Notes: generated by a model not told the origin, from the sequence alone. Positions 27,023 to 36,105 are shown, numbered from the stretch's first letter. The stretch: DNA of 36,372 nucleotides from Candidatus Eiseniibacteriota bacterium (GCA_043809585.1 JBDROZ010000121.1:1-36372), one strand, 5' to 3'. Made by a program: numbers and translations.

Positions 27023-27063
27023 GGGAAGGCCTGCTCCCTTCGGGGAGGACGGGTTCCGCCGCG

Positions 27064-28038
27064 TCAGCGAAGGCCCATCGCGCGGCGTACGCCGTCCATG
27101 GTCTCCGCCGCGATTCCCCGGCAGCGCTCCGCCCCCTCCGCGAGCGGGGCCCGGACCTCGTCCGGGTGGTCCAGGAGGTGGTGATAGCGCTCCCGGATCG
27201 GCTCGAGCTCCGCGAGCATCCGATCGCCGAGCTTCTTCTTGCAGTCCACGCAGCCGATGCCAGCCCGCCGGCATTCGACGTCGATCATCTCCACGTCTTC
27301 GGCGGGGGAGAAACTCTTGTGGAGGGTGAATATGTTGCAGATGTCCGGATTCCCCGGATCGTTCCGTCGCTTCCGGTTCTCGTCGGTGAGCGCCGTGGCG
27401 AGTTTCTTCCGGATCGACTCGGGCTCCTCCACGAGGCCGATGTAGTTGTTCATCGACTTCGACATCTTCGTCTTGCCGTCGAGGCCCATGATGCGCGGCG
27501 TCGGCGAGAGGAGCGCCTGGGGCTCGGGGAAGACCTCGCCGAACCGGGCGTTGAACTTCCGCGCCACTTCCCGGGAGAGCTCGATGTGCTGCACCTGGTC
27601 TTCGCCGACCGGCACCTTGTCCGCCTTGTACAGGAGGATGTCCGCCGACTGGAGCACGGGGTAGTCGAAAAGACCGACGTTGATGTTCTCCGGGTGCCGC
27701 CTCGATTTTTCCTTGAACTGCGTCATCCGCCCGAGGTCGCCCATGGACGTTACCGTGTTGAAGTACCAGGTCAGTTCCGTGTGCTCCGGCACGAGGGACT
27801 GAACGAAAAGAACGCACTTCCTCGGGTCGAGCCCGGCCGCGATGTTCGCCGCCGCCGCCTCGAATATCCGGCGCTGCAAACGGTCCGCCTCGTACTCCAC
27901 GGTGATGGCGTGCTGGTCGACGATGCAGAAGATCGACTCGTGATCTTTCAGGAGCTTTACCCAGTTCCGGATCGCTCCCAGGTAATTGCCGATGGTGATC
28001 TCGCCGCTCGGCTGGATTCCGCTGAAGATGCGACTCAA
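27064..28038 (-). CDS. trpS: Tryptophanyl-tRNA synthetase
   Basis: IFSGIQPSGEITIGNY (HIGH-like TIGN), YPVLQSADILLY, VPVGEDQ.QH.E and KMSKS. TTG28038 has GGAGG 8 nt upstream; ATG28080 is an alternative start. Confidence 0.96.
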   Translation of the reverse strand: MSRIFSGIQPSGEITIGNYLGAIRNWVKLLKDHESIFCIVDQHAITVEYEADRLQRRIFEAAAANIAAGLDPRKCVLFVQSLVPEHTELTWYFNTVTSMGDLGRMTQFKEKSRRHPENINVGLFDYPVLQSADILLYKADKVPVGEDQVQHIELSREVARKFNARFGEVFPEPQALLSPTPRIMGLDGKTKMSKSMNNYIGLVEEPESIRKKLATALTDENRKRRNDPGNPDICNIFTLHKSFSPAEDVEMIDVECRRAGIGCVDCKKKLGDRMLAELEPIRERYHHLLDHPDEVRAPLAEGAERCRGIAAETMDGVRRAMGLR

Positions 28039-28101
28039 GGCCAATGCCTCCCTCTTGCGCCCGCCCCCCGAGCGGGGCATTGGAACTTTAGACGCCGCAA
28101 T

Positions 28102-28130
28102 AGAATAGCAACGCGCATTCCCGGTGTCAA
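28102..28130 (-). promoter_or_regulatory. sigma70 promoter of trpS
   Basis: The minus strand reads TTGACA-17 bp-TATTCT with a TG extension. Confidence 0.8.
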
Positions 28131-28178
28131 GGCCGCCCTCGCCGGGGCCGAAAAGAGGGTCATGAGGAGGAATTCACC

Positions 28179-29342
28179 ATGAAACGCCGTCCTTTGACGC
28201 TCGTTCTCGCGTTCTTGATCGCCTTTCCGCCCGCGACCCTCGCGGTGCCCGACGGTCCTTCCCGGGAGGGGGACGGGTCATCCTGGATGAGCGGCCCCTT
28301 CTTCTGGGGGGCTTTCGCCTTCCTGAACGGCGCGATTCTCGCGTCGAGCATCATGGACATGCAGTTCTACCAGTCCCGGGCGACGGACTTGGAAGGGACC
28401 GGCGAGGATGCCGGGGACTACTGGGACGCCTCGTCCCGGGAGAAGGTGATGATCGGCATCTCCACCGCGTCCCTTCTCTTCTCCCTCGCCGCACTGAAGA
28501 GTTCGTTCCGGAACGAACCGGCGGAAGAGCCCCCGTCTTTTGCGGCGGTTTCCGCCCCCCCCGCCGCGCCCGGCGTGGAAAGGGGAGTGACGGTTCTCTC
28601 CCACGAGGGACGCATCCGGTACGACACGCTGGTCACGAGCGGAACGCCGGCCCCCTTCGAGTGGTTCGAGATGGGGAAGTTCCCGGCGGCCGCCGGGGAT
28701 GAGGGGGGAGCGGTTTCGCCGGAAGAGGGGACGAAGACGGCGGTCCTGCCGGAAGGGGAGAAGGCCGTATCCCTCGGGGACCTCGCCGACGGGGAGGACG
28801 TGTTCACCGAAACCGGGATCGGGAGCGGGCCGTCGTCTCCTCTCGATCCCCCCCCCCCGACGGACGATCTGGACCGTCTGCTCGCTTATCTCCGGGAGGA
28901 GCGGGCCCGGCAGGAGGGGCCGCCGAAGACGGCGCCGGCGATCGCCGTGGCGGAGGCGGAGCCTTTCGCGCCGTCCGGCGGGAGCGATCCCTTGGCCGGT
29001 CTGATTCGGGGCACGGACAAGGAGAACGGGAAACCGGCGCCGCCGGCGGAGCCCGAAATCCCGCGGGAGGAGACGGGGCCGGCGACGTTCTCGCTCATGC
29101 CCTACGGGGTTCACGTTAGCTCGTACCGAACCATGGCGTTCGCCGAGAAGGACGAAGCCCTCTGGGCGGGCCGGGGGTACCGGGTGGTGATCGAGGAGGA
29201 CGTGATTCCGGAAAAGGGGACGTGGTTCCGGGTCTTCCTCGGGAACTTCGAGTCATGGGGCGAGGCGAAGGCGTTCGCCGCGGAACTCACAGGGCGGTAC
29301 GGGCTCGATTACGCGCAGGCGAAGAAACGGTCCGGTTTCTAG
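28179..29342 (+). CDS. Membrane/exported protein with Pro/Glu-rich linker and C-terminal SPOR domain
   Basis: SD GAGGAGG and a signal peptide. C-terminal YGVHVSSYR...KGTWFRVFLGNF.S..EA..FA..L. Confidence 0.75.
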   Translation: MKRRPLTLVLAFLIAFPPATLAVPDGPSREGDGSSWMSGPFFWGAFAFLNGAILASSIMDMQFYQSRATDLEGTGEDAGDYWDASSREKVMIGISTASLLFSLAALKSSFRNEPAEEPPSFAAVSAPPAAPGVERGVTVLSHEGRIRYDTLVTSGTPAPFEWFEMGKFPAAAGDEGGAVSPEEGTKTAVLPEGEKAVSLGDLADGEDVFTETGIGSGPSSPLDPPPPTDDLDRLLAYLREERARQEGPPKTAPAIAVAEAEPFAPSGGSDPLAGLIRGTDKENGKPAPPAEPEIPREETGPATFSLMPYGVHVSSYRTMAFAEKDEALWAGRGYRVVIEEDVIPEKGTWFRVFLGNFESWGEAKAFAAELTGRYGLDYAQAKKRSGF

Positions 29343-29519
29343 CCCGCGATTCGGAGTCGGTTCCTACTGCGGGTGAGAATCGCGGCCTGCGACGGTGTTT
29401 CTCCGTCGGCCGCTTCCTCGACATAGCCATGGCTATGCTTCCGGGAGCGGCCTCGTCCGAAACACGTCTCGGCAACGCGTTTCTCCCCCTCGCTACGGAA
29501 CCGACTCCGAACCGCGGGC
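29342..29519. repeat. 178-bp palindromic MITE/REPIN-like element between convergent genes
   Basis: 23-bp terminal IR with 1 mismatch (GCCCGCGATTCGGAGTCGGTTCC / GGAACCGACTCCGAACCGCGGGC) and a central perfect palindrome CATAGCCATGGCTATG (29422-29437). Confidence 0.8.
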
Positions 29520-29600
29520 GCCTGCTGAAACCGATGCGATCACAAGTGCAGAAGAGGAGTCCGAGGAAGCCAGGAGCTTTGGAATGTGCGCTTCCCCCGC

Positions 29601-31634
29601 CTACTTCTTCGCCACCTGGCGATAGAGGGCGGCGGTCTGGGACGCGACGACGTCCCAGTCGTATCGCTGGAGGATCCAATCCCGCGCTTTTCCCCGCATC
29701 ACGTCGACCCGGTCGGGATCGGCGAGAAGACCGGCGATCGCCCCCGCGCAGTCCTCCACGTCCCCGTGCCGGAACCGGAAACCCACGGGCGGGCCGGGCC
29801 GGAGGGCCGGGTCGTTCCACGCCTCGGCCGGCGTGTTCTCGTCGGTCAGCACCTCCAGGTTCTCCTCGATGTCGGAGACGAGCACCCCGGCCCCGAAGGA
29901 GAGCGCTTCGAGCAGCGAAATGGCGAGCCCTTCGAGATCGGAGGGGAGCACGTACAGATAGCAGTGGGCGTACAGCTCCTTGAGCGCGTCGCCGTAGACA
30001 TAATCGAGGAACCGGATCCGGGGATCTCCCGCCGCCATCTCCTTCAGCTCTTCCAAGTACGCGTCCGAGTGGCTCGATCCGCCGGCGATGGCGAGATCCA
30101 TGTCCGTGTCGAGGCTCCGGAACGCCCTGATCAGGTAGTGGCACCCCTTCTCCGGAACGAGACGGCCGACGAAGAGCAGGTAACGCCGGGGCCGGAGACC
30201 GAACTCGTCGATGATCTCCTTGGCCGGCGGAATTTCCTCGACCCGAATCCCGTTCGGAATGTACGTTACCGTCCGTCCGTACTTTTCCTCGTAGTATCTC
30301 TTCAGCGTCCGCGATACGGTGATCGTCCGGTTCGGGAACCGCGCGGACGCCGCCTCGCCCATGCGGAGGCATTGCTGCGCCATCCGCCCCCACTTGTCCC
30401 GCTTCCAATCGAGGCCGTGAACGGTGACCACGGTCCTGATGCCGAAGAAGCGCGGGACGAAGGAGAGGACCGACGGCCCCTGAGCGTGATAGTGGGCTAG
30501 GTCGACCCGCTGAAAGAGGGTGTGGATCGTGGCGAGGGCGGAGTGGGTGATCGCGTCGAGATGTTTCGTGTGGATCGTCGGCAGCCGCTGGATCTCGATC
30601 CCCTGGAAGCGGCCTTCCATGGTCGTGTAGTACGGTCTCGAGTAGACCTTCATGATGAAGCCCCGGGTGGCGAGCCTGTTCGACAGCTCCGCCACGTGCC
30701 GCTCGATGCCGCCGAAGGTGGGCGGTATCCCCTTCGCGCCGATCACGGCGACCGTCGCGAGCTCCAGCTCGAACCGGGGATTCACCCACTGGTAAAGCTC
30801 GAATACCAGGTCCTCCTTCGTGCGGTCGGGAACGGGCAGCGTCTCGGAGAGGAGAAGGCGGCTCACGATCATCTGAAGATGACCGGGGATGACGCGCACC
30901 GCCACCCCCGTCGCGCGCGCGGCCTCGATGACCGTGAAGATCTGTTTCAAATCGGTGGACGGCGCGGCGAGAAAAATCTCCCGCACGCCGGTCTCCCGGA
31001 TCAGCGCCGCGAGCGCCTCCGCGTCGGGCAATCGCTCCGTCTCCTCGTCCGGCGGCGGCCCCTCCGCCCGGACCACCACCTTCCGGAGCACGCCCACGCC
31101 GAACCACCTGTTGAACGCGAGCCGAGTTTCCAGATCCCGCCGTTCCTCTCCCTCGCCGACGACGAGGGTCGGCCGGAGCAGGCGCCCTCTCCGGAAGAGC
31201 GCGAGCTGCAGCAGGCCGAGCGCGAACCGGCCGGCGCAGATGTTGATGATCGAAAGGGTCCAGAACGCCACGAGCGTGGGACGGGAAAAATGAAACACCT
31301 CCCGGTGGCGGGAGAGCCCCTTGGAGAGGAAGATGATCATGACCGAGGCGACCATGGTGACCAGGATCATTTTCGCCACCCGGGGGATGACGAAGGTCGG
31401 CTTGAACCGGCGGGGAAAGAAGACCTCCCGGTAGTAGAGCAGCAGGACCAGCCAGATCACGTTGGTCGCGATGATCAGGTAGAGGTAGTAGGGGCCGAAC
31501 TGATGGGACCACCGCGCCCAGTTGAGGTAGTAGAACCGAAGAACGAGGGCGGTCAGATAGGCGGCGTTCAACGCGACCAGATCGGTCACGACGAGCAAGA
31601 GGGGAAAGATCGTTCGCTGGGGAGAGAGACGCAC
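29601..31634 (-). CDS. Fusion of a WcaJ/WbaP-type N-terminal TM + CoA-binding-like region with a GT4 (GT-B) glycosyltransferase
   Basis: N-terminal TDLVALNAAYLTALVLRF, about 4 TMs, TLVVGEG and VREIFLA...VAVRVIP. Then VAVIGAKGIPPTFGGIERHV, HGLDWKRDKW, FVGRLVPEKG and PSDLEGLAISLLEA. Likely start GTG31634 (SD GAGGA); alternative 31682. Confidence 0.8.
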   Translation of the reverse strand: MRLSPQRTIFPLLLVVTDLVALNAAYLTALVLRFYYLNWARWSHQFGPYYLYLIIATNVIWLVLLLYYREVFFPRRFKPTFVIPRVAKMILVTMVASVMIIFLSKGLSRHREVFHFSRPTLVAFWTLSIINICAGRFALGLLQLALFRRGRLLRPTLVVGEGEERRDLETRLAFNRWFGVGVLRKVVVRAEGPPPDEETERLPDAEALAALIRETGVREIFLAAPSTDLKQIFTVIEAARATGVAVRVIPGHLQMIVSRLLLSETLPVPDRTKEDLVFELYQWVNPRFELELATVAVIGAKGIPPTFGGIERHVAELSNRLATRGFIMKVYSRPYYTTMEGRFQGIEIQRLPTIHTKHLDAITHSALATIHTLFQRVDLAHYHAQGPSVLSFVPRFFGIRTVVTVHGLDWKRDKWGRMAQQCLRMGEAASARFPNRTITVSRTLKRYYEEKYGRTVTYIPNGIRVEEIPPAKEIIDEFGLRPRRYLLFVGRLVPEKGCHYLIRAFRSLDTDMDLAIAGGSSHSDAYLEELKEMAAGDPRIRFLDYVYGDALKELYAHCYLYVLPSDLEGLAISLLEALSFGAGVLVSDIEENLEVLTDENTPAEAWNDPALRPGPPVGFRFRHGDVEDCAGAIAGLLADPDRVDVMRGKARDWILQRYDWDVVASQTAALYRQVAKK

Positions 31635-31748
31635 CGTGATCCTCGTATCCTTCCTCGGCTCCGGCGACCCTTCGCGCCGCAAGACAGTTTACAGGATCGG
31701 CAATCGGGAGGGGCAAATTTTCTCCGCTCCCCCGGCCCATCTTTCGGG

Positions 31749-31777
31749 TTGCGCTCCCCGGGGCGGGCCCCTATGGT
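31749..31777 (+). promoter_or_regulatory. Candidate sigma70 promoter of galT
   Basis: TTGCGC-17 bp-TATGGT. Confidence 0.4.
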
Positions 31778-31851
31778 AATACGTCGAATGTTGTACCGCT
31801 CGCGGACGCCGGCCCGTCACCCTCCCGTGGGCCGCGGGGAAAGGAGCCGCC

Positions 31852-32937
31852 ATGTCCGAGCTCAGGCACGACCCGATCCAGAGGCGCTGGATCATCATCG
31901 CCACGGACCGTGCGCAGCGACCGGACAGTTTCGCCGTGGAGCCGGAGCGCGTGATCCAAGGCGCCTTCTGCCCGTTCTGCGAGGGGAGCGAGGAATCGAC
32001 GCCTCCCGAGATCGTGGCGATCCGCGACCGCGGGTCGCGGCCCAACACGCCGGGCTGGAAGATCCGCGTGGTGCCGAACAAGTTCCCCGCCCTCCGGATC
32101 GAAGGGGTGCTCAAACGCCAGGGGATCGGCATCTACGACCGCGTGAACGGCATCGGGGCCCACGAGGTTTGCATCGAGAGCCCCGACCACCTGAAATCCC
32201 TCACCGATTTCGACGTCGAGCACGGCGGCGGGATCTACCGGATCCTTCAGGAACGGCTCATGGACCTCCACCGGGACGGGCGTTTCCGGTACGTCCTGCT
32301 CTTCAAGAATCACGGCGCCGTGGCGGGGGCCTCCCTGCCCCATCCCCATCATCAGGTGATCGCCGTCCCGGTCACGCCGAAGACGGTCAGCACCGAGCTC
32401 CAGTCGGCCCGCGACTACTATCTCGACAAGGAGCGCTGCATTTTCTGCGACATGATCCACCAGGAAATCGAGACGGGCGAGAGGATCGTGGCGCTGACGG
32501 AGGATTACGTCGCCTTCTGCCCCTACGCGAGCCGGTTCCCCTTCGAGATCTTCGTCGCCCCCCGGGAGCACGAGCACTCTTTCGCCGAGACGGCGCCGAA
32601 AGGGCTCGCGGGACTCGCGGAGATCATGAAAGACGTTCTCGGCCGCCTCCGGGTCGGCCTGAACAACCCGCCCTTCAACTACATGTTCCACTCGACGCCG
32701 AATACGGAGATGAAGCCCCGGCGGCCCGGCTACTGGGCGACGGTGAAGTACGATTACCACTGGCACATCGAGATTCTGCCCCGGCTCACCCGGGTGGCGG
32801 GATTCGAGTGGGGAACCGGGTTCTACATCAATCCCGTTCCCCCCGAGCAGGCGGCCGCTCATCTCCGGAGTGTCGACCCGGCCCTGGCCCCCTCCGGGCC
32901 CGCCCCCGCCCTTGATGGAGCGGGGGATTCCGAGTAG
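31852..32937 (+). CDS. galT: Galactose-1-phosphate uridylyltransferase (GalT family)
   Basis: MSELRHDP...W.IIATDRAQRP, CPFC, VVPNKFPAL, GAHEV..ESPDH, FKNHG..AGASLPHPHHQ, CIFC and AGFEWGTG. SD AAGGAG. Confidence 0.9.
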   Translation: MSELRHDPIQRRWIIIATDRAQRPDSFAVEPERVIQGAFCPFCEGSEESTPPEIVAIRDRGSRPNTPGWKIRVVPNKFPALRIEGVLKRQGIGIYDRVNGIGAHEVCIESPDHLKSLTDFDVEHGGGIYRILQERLMDLHRDGRFRYVLLFKNHGAVAGASLPHPHHQVIAVPVTPKTVSTELQSARDYYLDKERCIFCDMIHQEIETGERIVALTEDYVAFCPYASRFPFEIFVAPREHEHSFAETAPKGLAGLAEIMKDVLGRLRVGLNNPPFNYMFHSTPNTEMKPRRPGYWATVKYDYHWHIEILPRLTRVAGFEWGTGFYINPVPPEQAAAHLRSVDPALAPSGPAPALDGAGDSE

Positions 32938-32947
32938 ATTCGAATCC

Positions 32948-35929
32948 ATGGAGGTTCATCAATTGCGAAGGACGAAGCGTCTCCCCCTGCCGCTCCCGCG
33001 CCAAGGGGGTTTCTTCTTCCTTCTGGCGATGACCATGGCCATGACGGCCGCTTCGCCGGCCCTCGCCAAGCGCGGCGTAGGTCAGGGCCCCGCCGTGGAG
33101 AGGAACATTCCCCGGGCGGAGCGGCTCCTCGCGGCCGAGCGCGCGGGGGAATGGACGGTCCGGCGGGACGGCACGAGCGGGCGGGTGAGCCGGGTGGAGC
33201 CCGCGACGGCGCGCGCCGGCGCGGCGAAGGGGGAATCCCCCGCGGAGCGTACCTTGGGCTTCGCCCGGGAGCTCGCCCCCCTTCTCGGGATCGAGGGGGT
33301 CCTCGACGAGCTCGAAGTGGCGTTCGTGAGACGGGGTCTCGCGAGCGAGCACGTCGTCCTCCGGCGCGTCGCGGGAGGAGTCCCCGTCGAACCGGGTCGC
33401 CTGGGCGCGCATTTCGACAAGAGCGGGCGGCTCCTCTACGCCGACGTCACTCTCGACCCCCGCCCGGTCTCCGCGTCGAAGAGCGCGGCCGTGGCGGCGT
33501 CCGCGGCGGAGGCGATCGCGGCGGAGGGGCTCGTTCCGGGCGGTGAGGCCCGGACCGAGCTCGTCTGGAGGGAGACCGGGGAGGGAATCCGGCTCGCTTG
33601 GAGAGTCGATGTTTCCTCCGAGGAGCCCGCGGGGCTCTGGACCTCTTTCGTCGACGCGTCGTCGGGCGAGATTCTGGAACGGGCGAACCGTTCCCCCCAC
33701 GCGACGGGGAGCGGCCGGGTCTGGACGCCGAACCCGGTGAACGTCCTCGAGACGACGAACCTCTCGGACATGAACGACACGGATCAGGGGGTCTTCGATC
33801 CGGCCTACCGGATCGTGACGCTCCAGGGGCTCTCCGAGTCGGGGGCGCCCGCCCAGTACCGGCTCGAGGGCCCGTACGTGGAGATCGTCGACTTCGAGAC
33901 GCCCACCGTTCCGCCCCCCGTCGCGGGGAACCCCGACGGCTTCCGTTTCTACCGGGCCGACGACCGTTTCGAGGCGGTGATGGCCTACTATCACATCGAC
34001 GAGTGCCAGCGCTACCTCCGGGACCTCGGTTTCGACGGAGTTGCCGCTGACTCGATCGTCGTCTCGCCGATTCCGGTCGACGTCCACGGCTTCCAGGGGC
34101 AGGACAACTCCCGGTACGATCCCTTCCCGCTCCACCGGCTCTCTTTCGGCGACGGCTGCGTCGACGACGCGGAGGAAGCGGACGTGCTGATCCACGAGTA
34201 CGGCCACGCCATCGAGTTCGGCCAGGCGCCCGACTGGGGATACCCCGGCGGTTACATGGGGGCCATGGCGGAAGGGTTCTCCGACTACTGGTCCGAGTCC
34301 CACGCCGCCCGGCGGGGGGTGACCTTCGACCTCGGCCAGGTCTTCGATTGGGACCGGGGCCCCGTGGATTTTTGCTGGCTCGGCCGGCGGGTCGACAACG
34401 CCAAGACCATGGACGATCTCCGGCCCCTCACGTCGGGCAACATCTACGACAACAGCCAGATCTGGTCCGGCTCCCTCTGGGACCTCCACGGCGCGGTCGG
34501 CGGGCCGTACGCGGACAGCCTGATCCTCGAGTCCCACTTCTACTACAACGGCGCCGCGCCGAGCGTGTCCTTCGCCGACGGCGCCTTCGCGATCATTGAG
34601 GCGGACCGGACCTTCACGGGGGGCGCCCACGGCGAGGAGATCTTCAACGTGTTCAAGGCGCGGGGCGTGCTCACGGGGGACGACACCAGCGAGCCGACGA
34701 TCCTCTCCGGGAGTCATCCGCCGTTTCTCTTCGCGGGGGAGGTGTTTCTCTGCAGCCTGACTCTCCGTTCGGAGGTGCCGATCCGAGCAGTGGAGATCGT
34801 CTACGGCGTGACGGAGGCGGCGGGGGACACGGCGGATCTCGCCACCGGGGGCGATTCCCTTTGGGTCGGGTCGGTGACGCCCCCTCCGGAGTCCGATTCG
34901 CTTCTCTATTCCTACATGGTGACGGACCTTTTCGACCGGACCGTCCTCCTGCCCGATCCGGGAAGGTTCCTGAGCGTCATCGTCGCGGACGTCCAGGCCC
35001 CGAACATCACCCACGCTCCGGCGGCGGACGCGCTCGACAGCGCCCTGCCCGTCCCCCTCTCGGTGACGGCGACGGACAACTCGGCGGTCGACCCCGATTC
35101 GGTGATCGTCTACTGGAGTTTCGACGGAGCCGCGGGGAGCGACTCGGGAGATTTCGCCCTCTCCGCCGGCGCGGGGGACTCGGTCTTCACGGGTCCGTTC
35201 CCGGAGGGGCCGGGCCGGATCGGAACGTACGAGTACCGGATCCTCGCCGTCGACGTCTCCGCCGCGCGGAATCGATCCTATGAGCCGCCCTCGGGCTTCC
35301 ACTCCTTCTCGGTGTTCGCCGACACGACCGCGCCGGCCCTCACGCACACGCCCCTCCCGGACGTGAAGGAGGGGGAGGGCCTTCCCGAGGTCCGGACGAC
35401 GATCACCGACGACGGCGCCCTCGATGGGGACTCTCTCTACGTCGAGTACCTCTTCACCGGAGCGGAGGGGGGGGAAGGCGCCGGGAAAATGACCCTCGCA
35501 GCCCGGGGGGACGACGAATACGCCGCGACCTTCCCCGAGTTCTCCGAGGAGATCGGTTCGGTGGAGTACAGGATCGTCGCCGTCGACGCCGCCCTCGCGG
35601 CGAACCGGACGGTGAGCCCGGCGGCCGGGTATCACGAGTTCGAGATCTACCCCTCTTCGGTCCGTCTCGCCCTCCGGGGACCGAACCCGTTCGCCGAGCG
35701 GGTCGCCTTCACTCTGTACCTCTCGAAGGACGCGAACGTCCTCTTCGAGATCTACGATCTCGCCGGGCGCCGGATCCACGGCGAAGAAGTCGCCCTCACC
35801 CGGGGCGCGGGCCACTTCGAATGGAACGGGAGAAACAGCGATGATCGACGGGTCGCGCCGGGCATCTACCTCTACCGGGTCGCCGCGGACGGGTACGAGA
35901 AGACGGGTCGTATCGTCCATCTACGTTAG
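32948..35929 (+). CDS. Secreted M36/M4 (fungalysin/thermolysin-like) zinc metalloprotease with FTP/PepSY propeptide, Ig-like repeats and FlgD-Ig C-terminus
   Basis: Signal peptide ending ASPALA, FVDASSGEIL (PepSY), AYYHID, DVLIHEYGHAI (HEXXH), AMAEGFSDY and GPNPF...IYDLAGRRI...WNGRN...VAPGIYLYRV. Start is ATG32948 or TTG32963 (GGAGG 8 nt upstream). Confidence 0.85.
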   Translation: MEVHQLRRTKRLPLPLPRQGGFFFLLAMTMAMTAASPALAKRGVGQGPAVERNIPRAERLLAAERAGEWTVRRDGTSGRVSRVEPATARAGAAKGESPAERTLGFARELAPLLGIEGVLDELEVAFVRRGLASEHVVLRRVAGGVPVEPGRLGAHFDKSGRLLYADVTLDPRPVSASKSAAVAASAAEAIAAEGLVPGGEARTELVWRETGEGIRLAWRVDVSSEEPAGLWTSFVDASSGEILERANRSPHATGSGRVWTPNPVNVLETTNLSDMNDTDQGVFDPAYRIVTLQGLSESGAPAQYRLEGPYVEIVDFETPTVPPPVAGNPDGFRFYRADDRFEAVMAYYHIDECQRYLRDLGFDGVAADSIVVSPIPVDVHGFQGQDNSRYDPFPLHRLSFGDGCVDDAEEADVLIHEYGHAIEFGQAPDWGYPGGYMGAMAEGFSDYWSESHAARRGVTFDLGQVFDWDRGPVDFCWLGRRVDNAKTMDDLRPLTSGNIYDNSQIWSGSLWDLHGAVGGPYADSLILESHFYYNGAAPSVSFADGAFAIIEADRTFTGGAHGEEIFNVFKARGVLTGDDTSEPTILSGSHPPFLFAGEVFLCSLTLRSEVPIRAVEIVYGVTEAAGDTADLATGGDSLWVGSVTPPPESDSLLYSYMVTDLFDRTVLLPDPGRFLSVIVADVQAPNITHAPAADALDSALPVPLSVTATDNSAVDPDSVIVYWSFDGAAGSDSGDFALSAGAGDSVFTGPFPEGPGRIGTYEYRILAVDVSAARNRSYEPPSGFHSFSVFADTTAPALTHTPLPDVKEGEGLPEVRTTITDDGALDGDSLYVEYLFTGAEGGEGAGKMTLAARGDDEYAATFPEFSEEIGSVEYRIVAVDAALAANRTVSPAAGYHEFEIYPSSVRLALRGPNPFAERVAFTLYLSKDANVLFEIYDLAGRRIHGEEVALTRGAGHFEWNGRNSDDRRVAPGIYLYRVAADGYEKTGRIVHLR

Positions 35930-36105
35930 AACTCATTTCAAGACCCCTTCCTGCTGCGGTTGGCTGCAGGGACGGCCCGGCTTCGTCCTCGGGCAAGAAT
36001 GTCCCGGGCGGCCCTCCAGGGCCGCCTCCGGGCATTCTCGCCCTCGATCCTCGCCGTCCGTCCCTTCGCTCACCCTCGCGACGAAAGGGGTTTTGAAAAG
36101 AGTTC
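35929..36105. mobile_element. 177-bp MITE with 21-bp TIRs and TA flanks
   Basis: GAACTCATTTCAAGACCCCTT (35929-49) versus AAGGGGTTTTGAAAAGAGTTC (36085-105), 19/21 matches. TA at 35927-28 and 36106-07. Internal nested stems such as GCGGCCC-tcca-GGGCCGC. No coding capacity. Confidence 0.8.

Noticed and set aside
28039-28100. T-box or Trp leader peptide upstream of trpS
   Set aside because: The leader is only about 55 nt, with no Trp-codon run, T-box motif or terminator.
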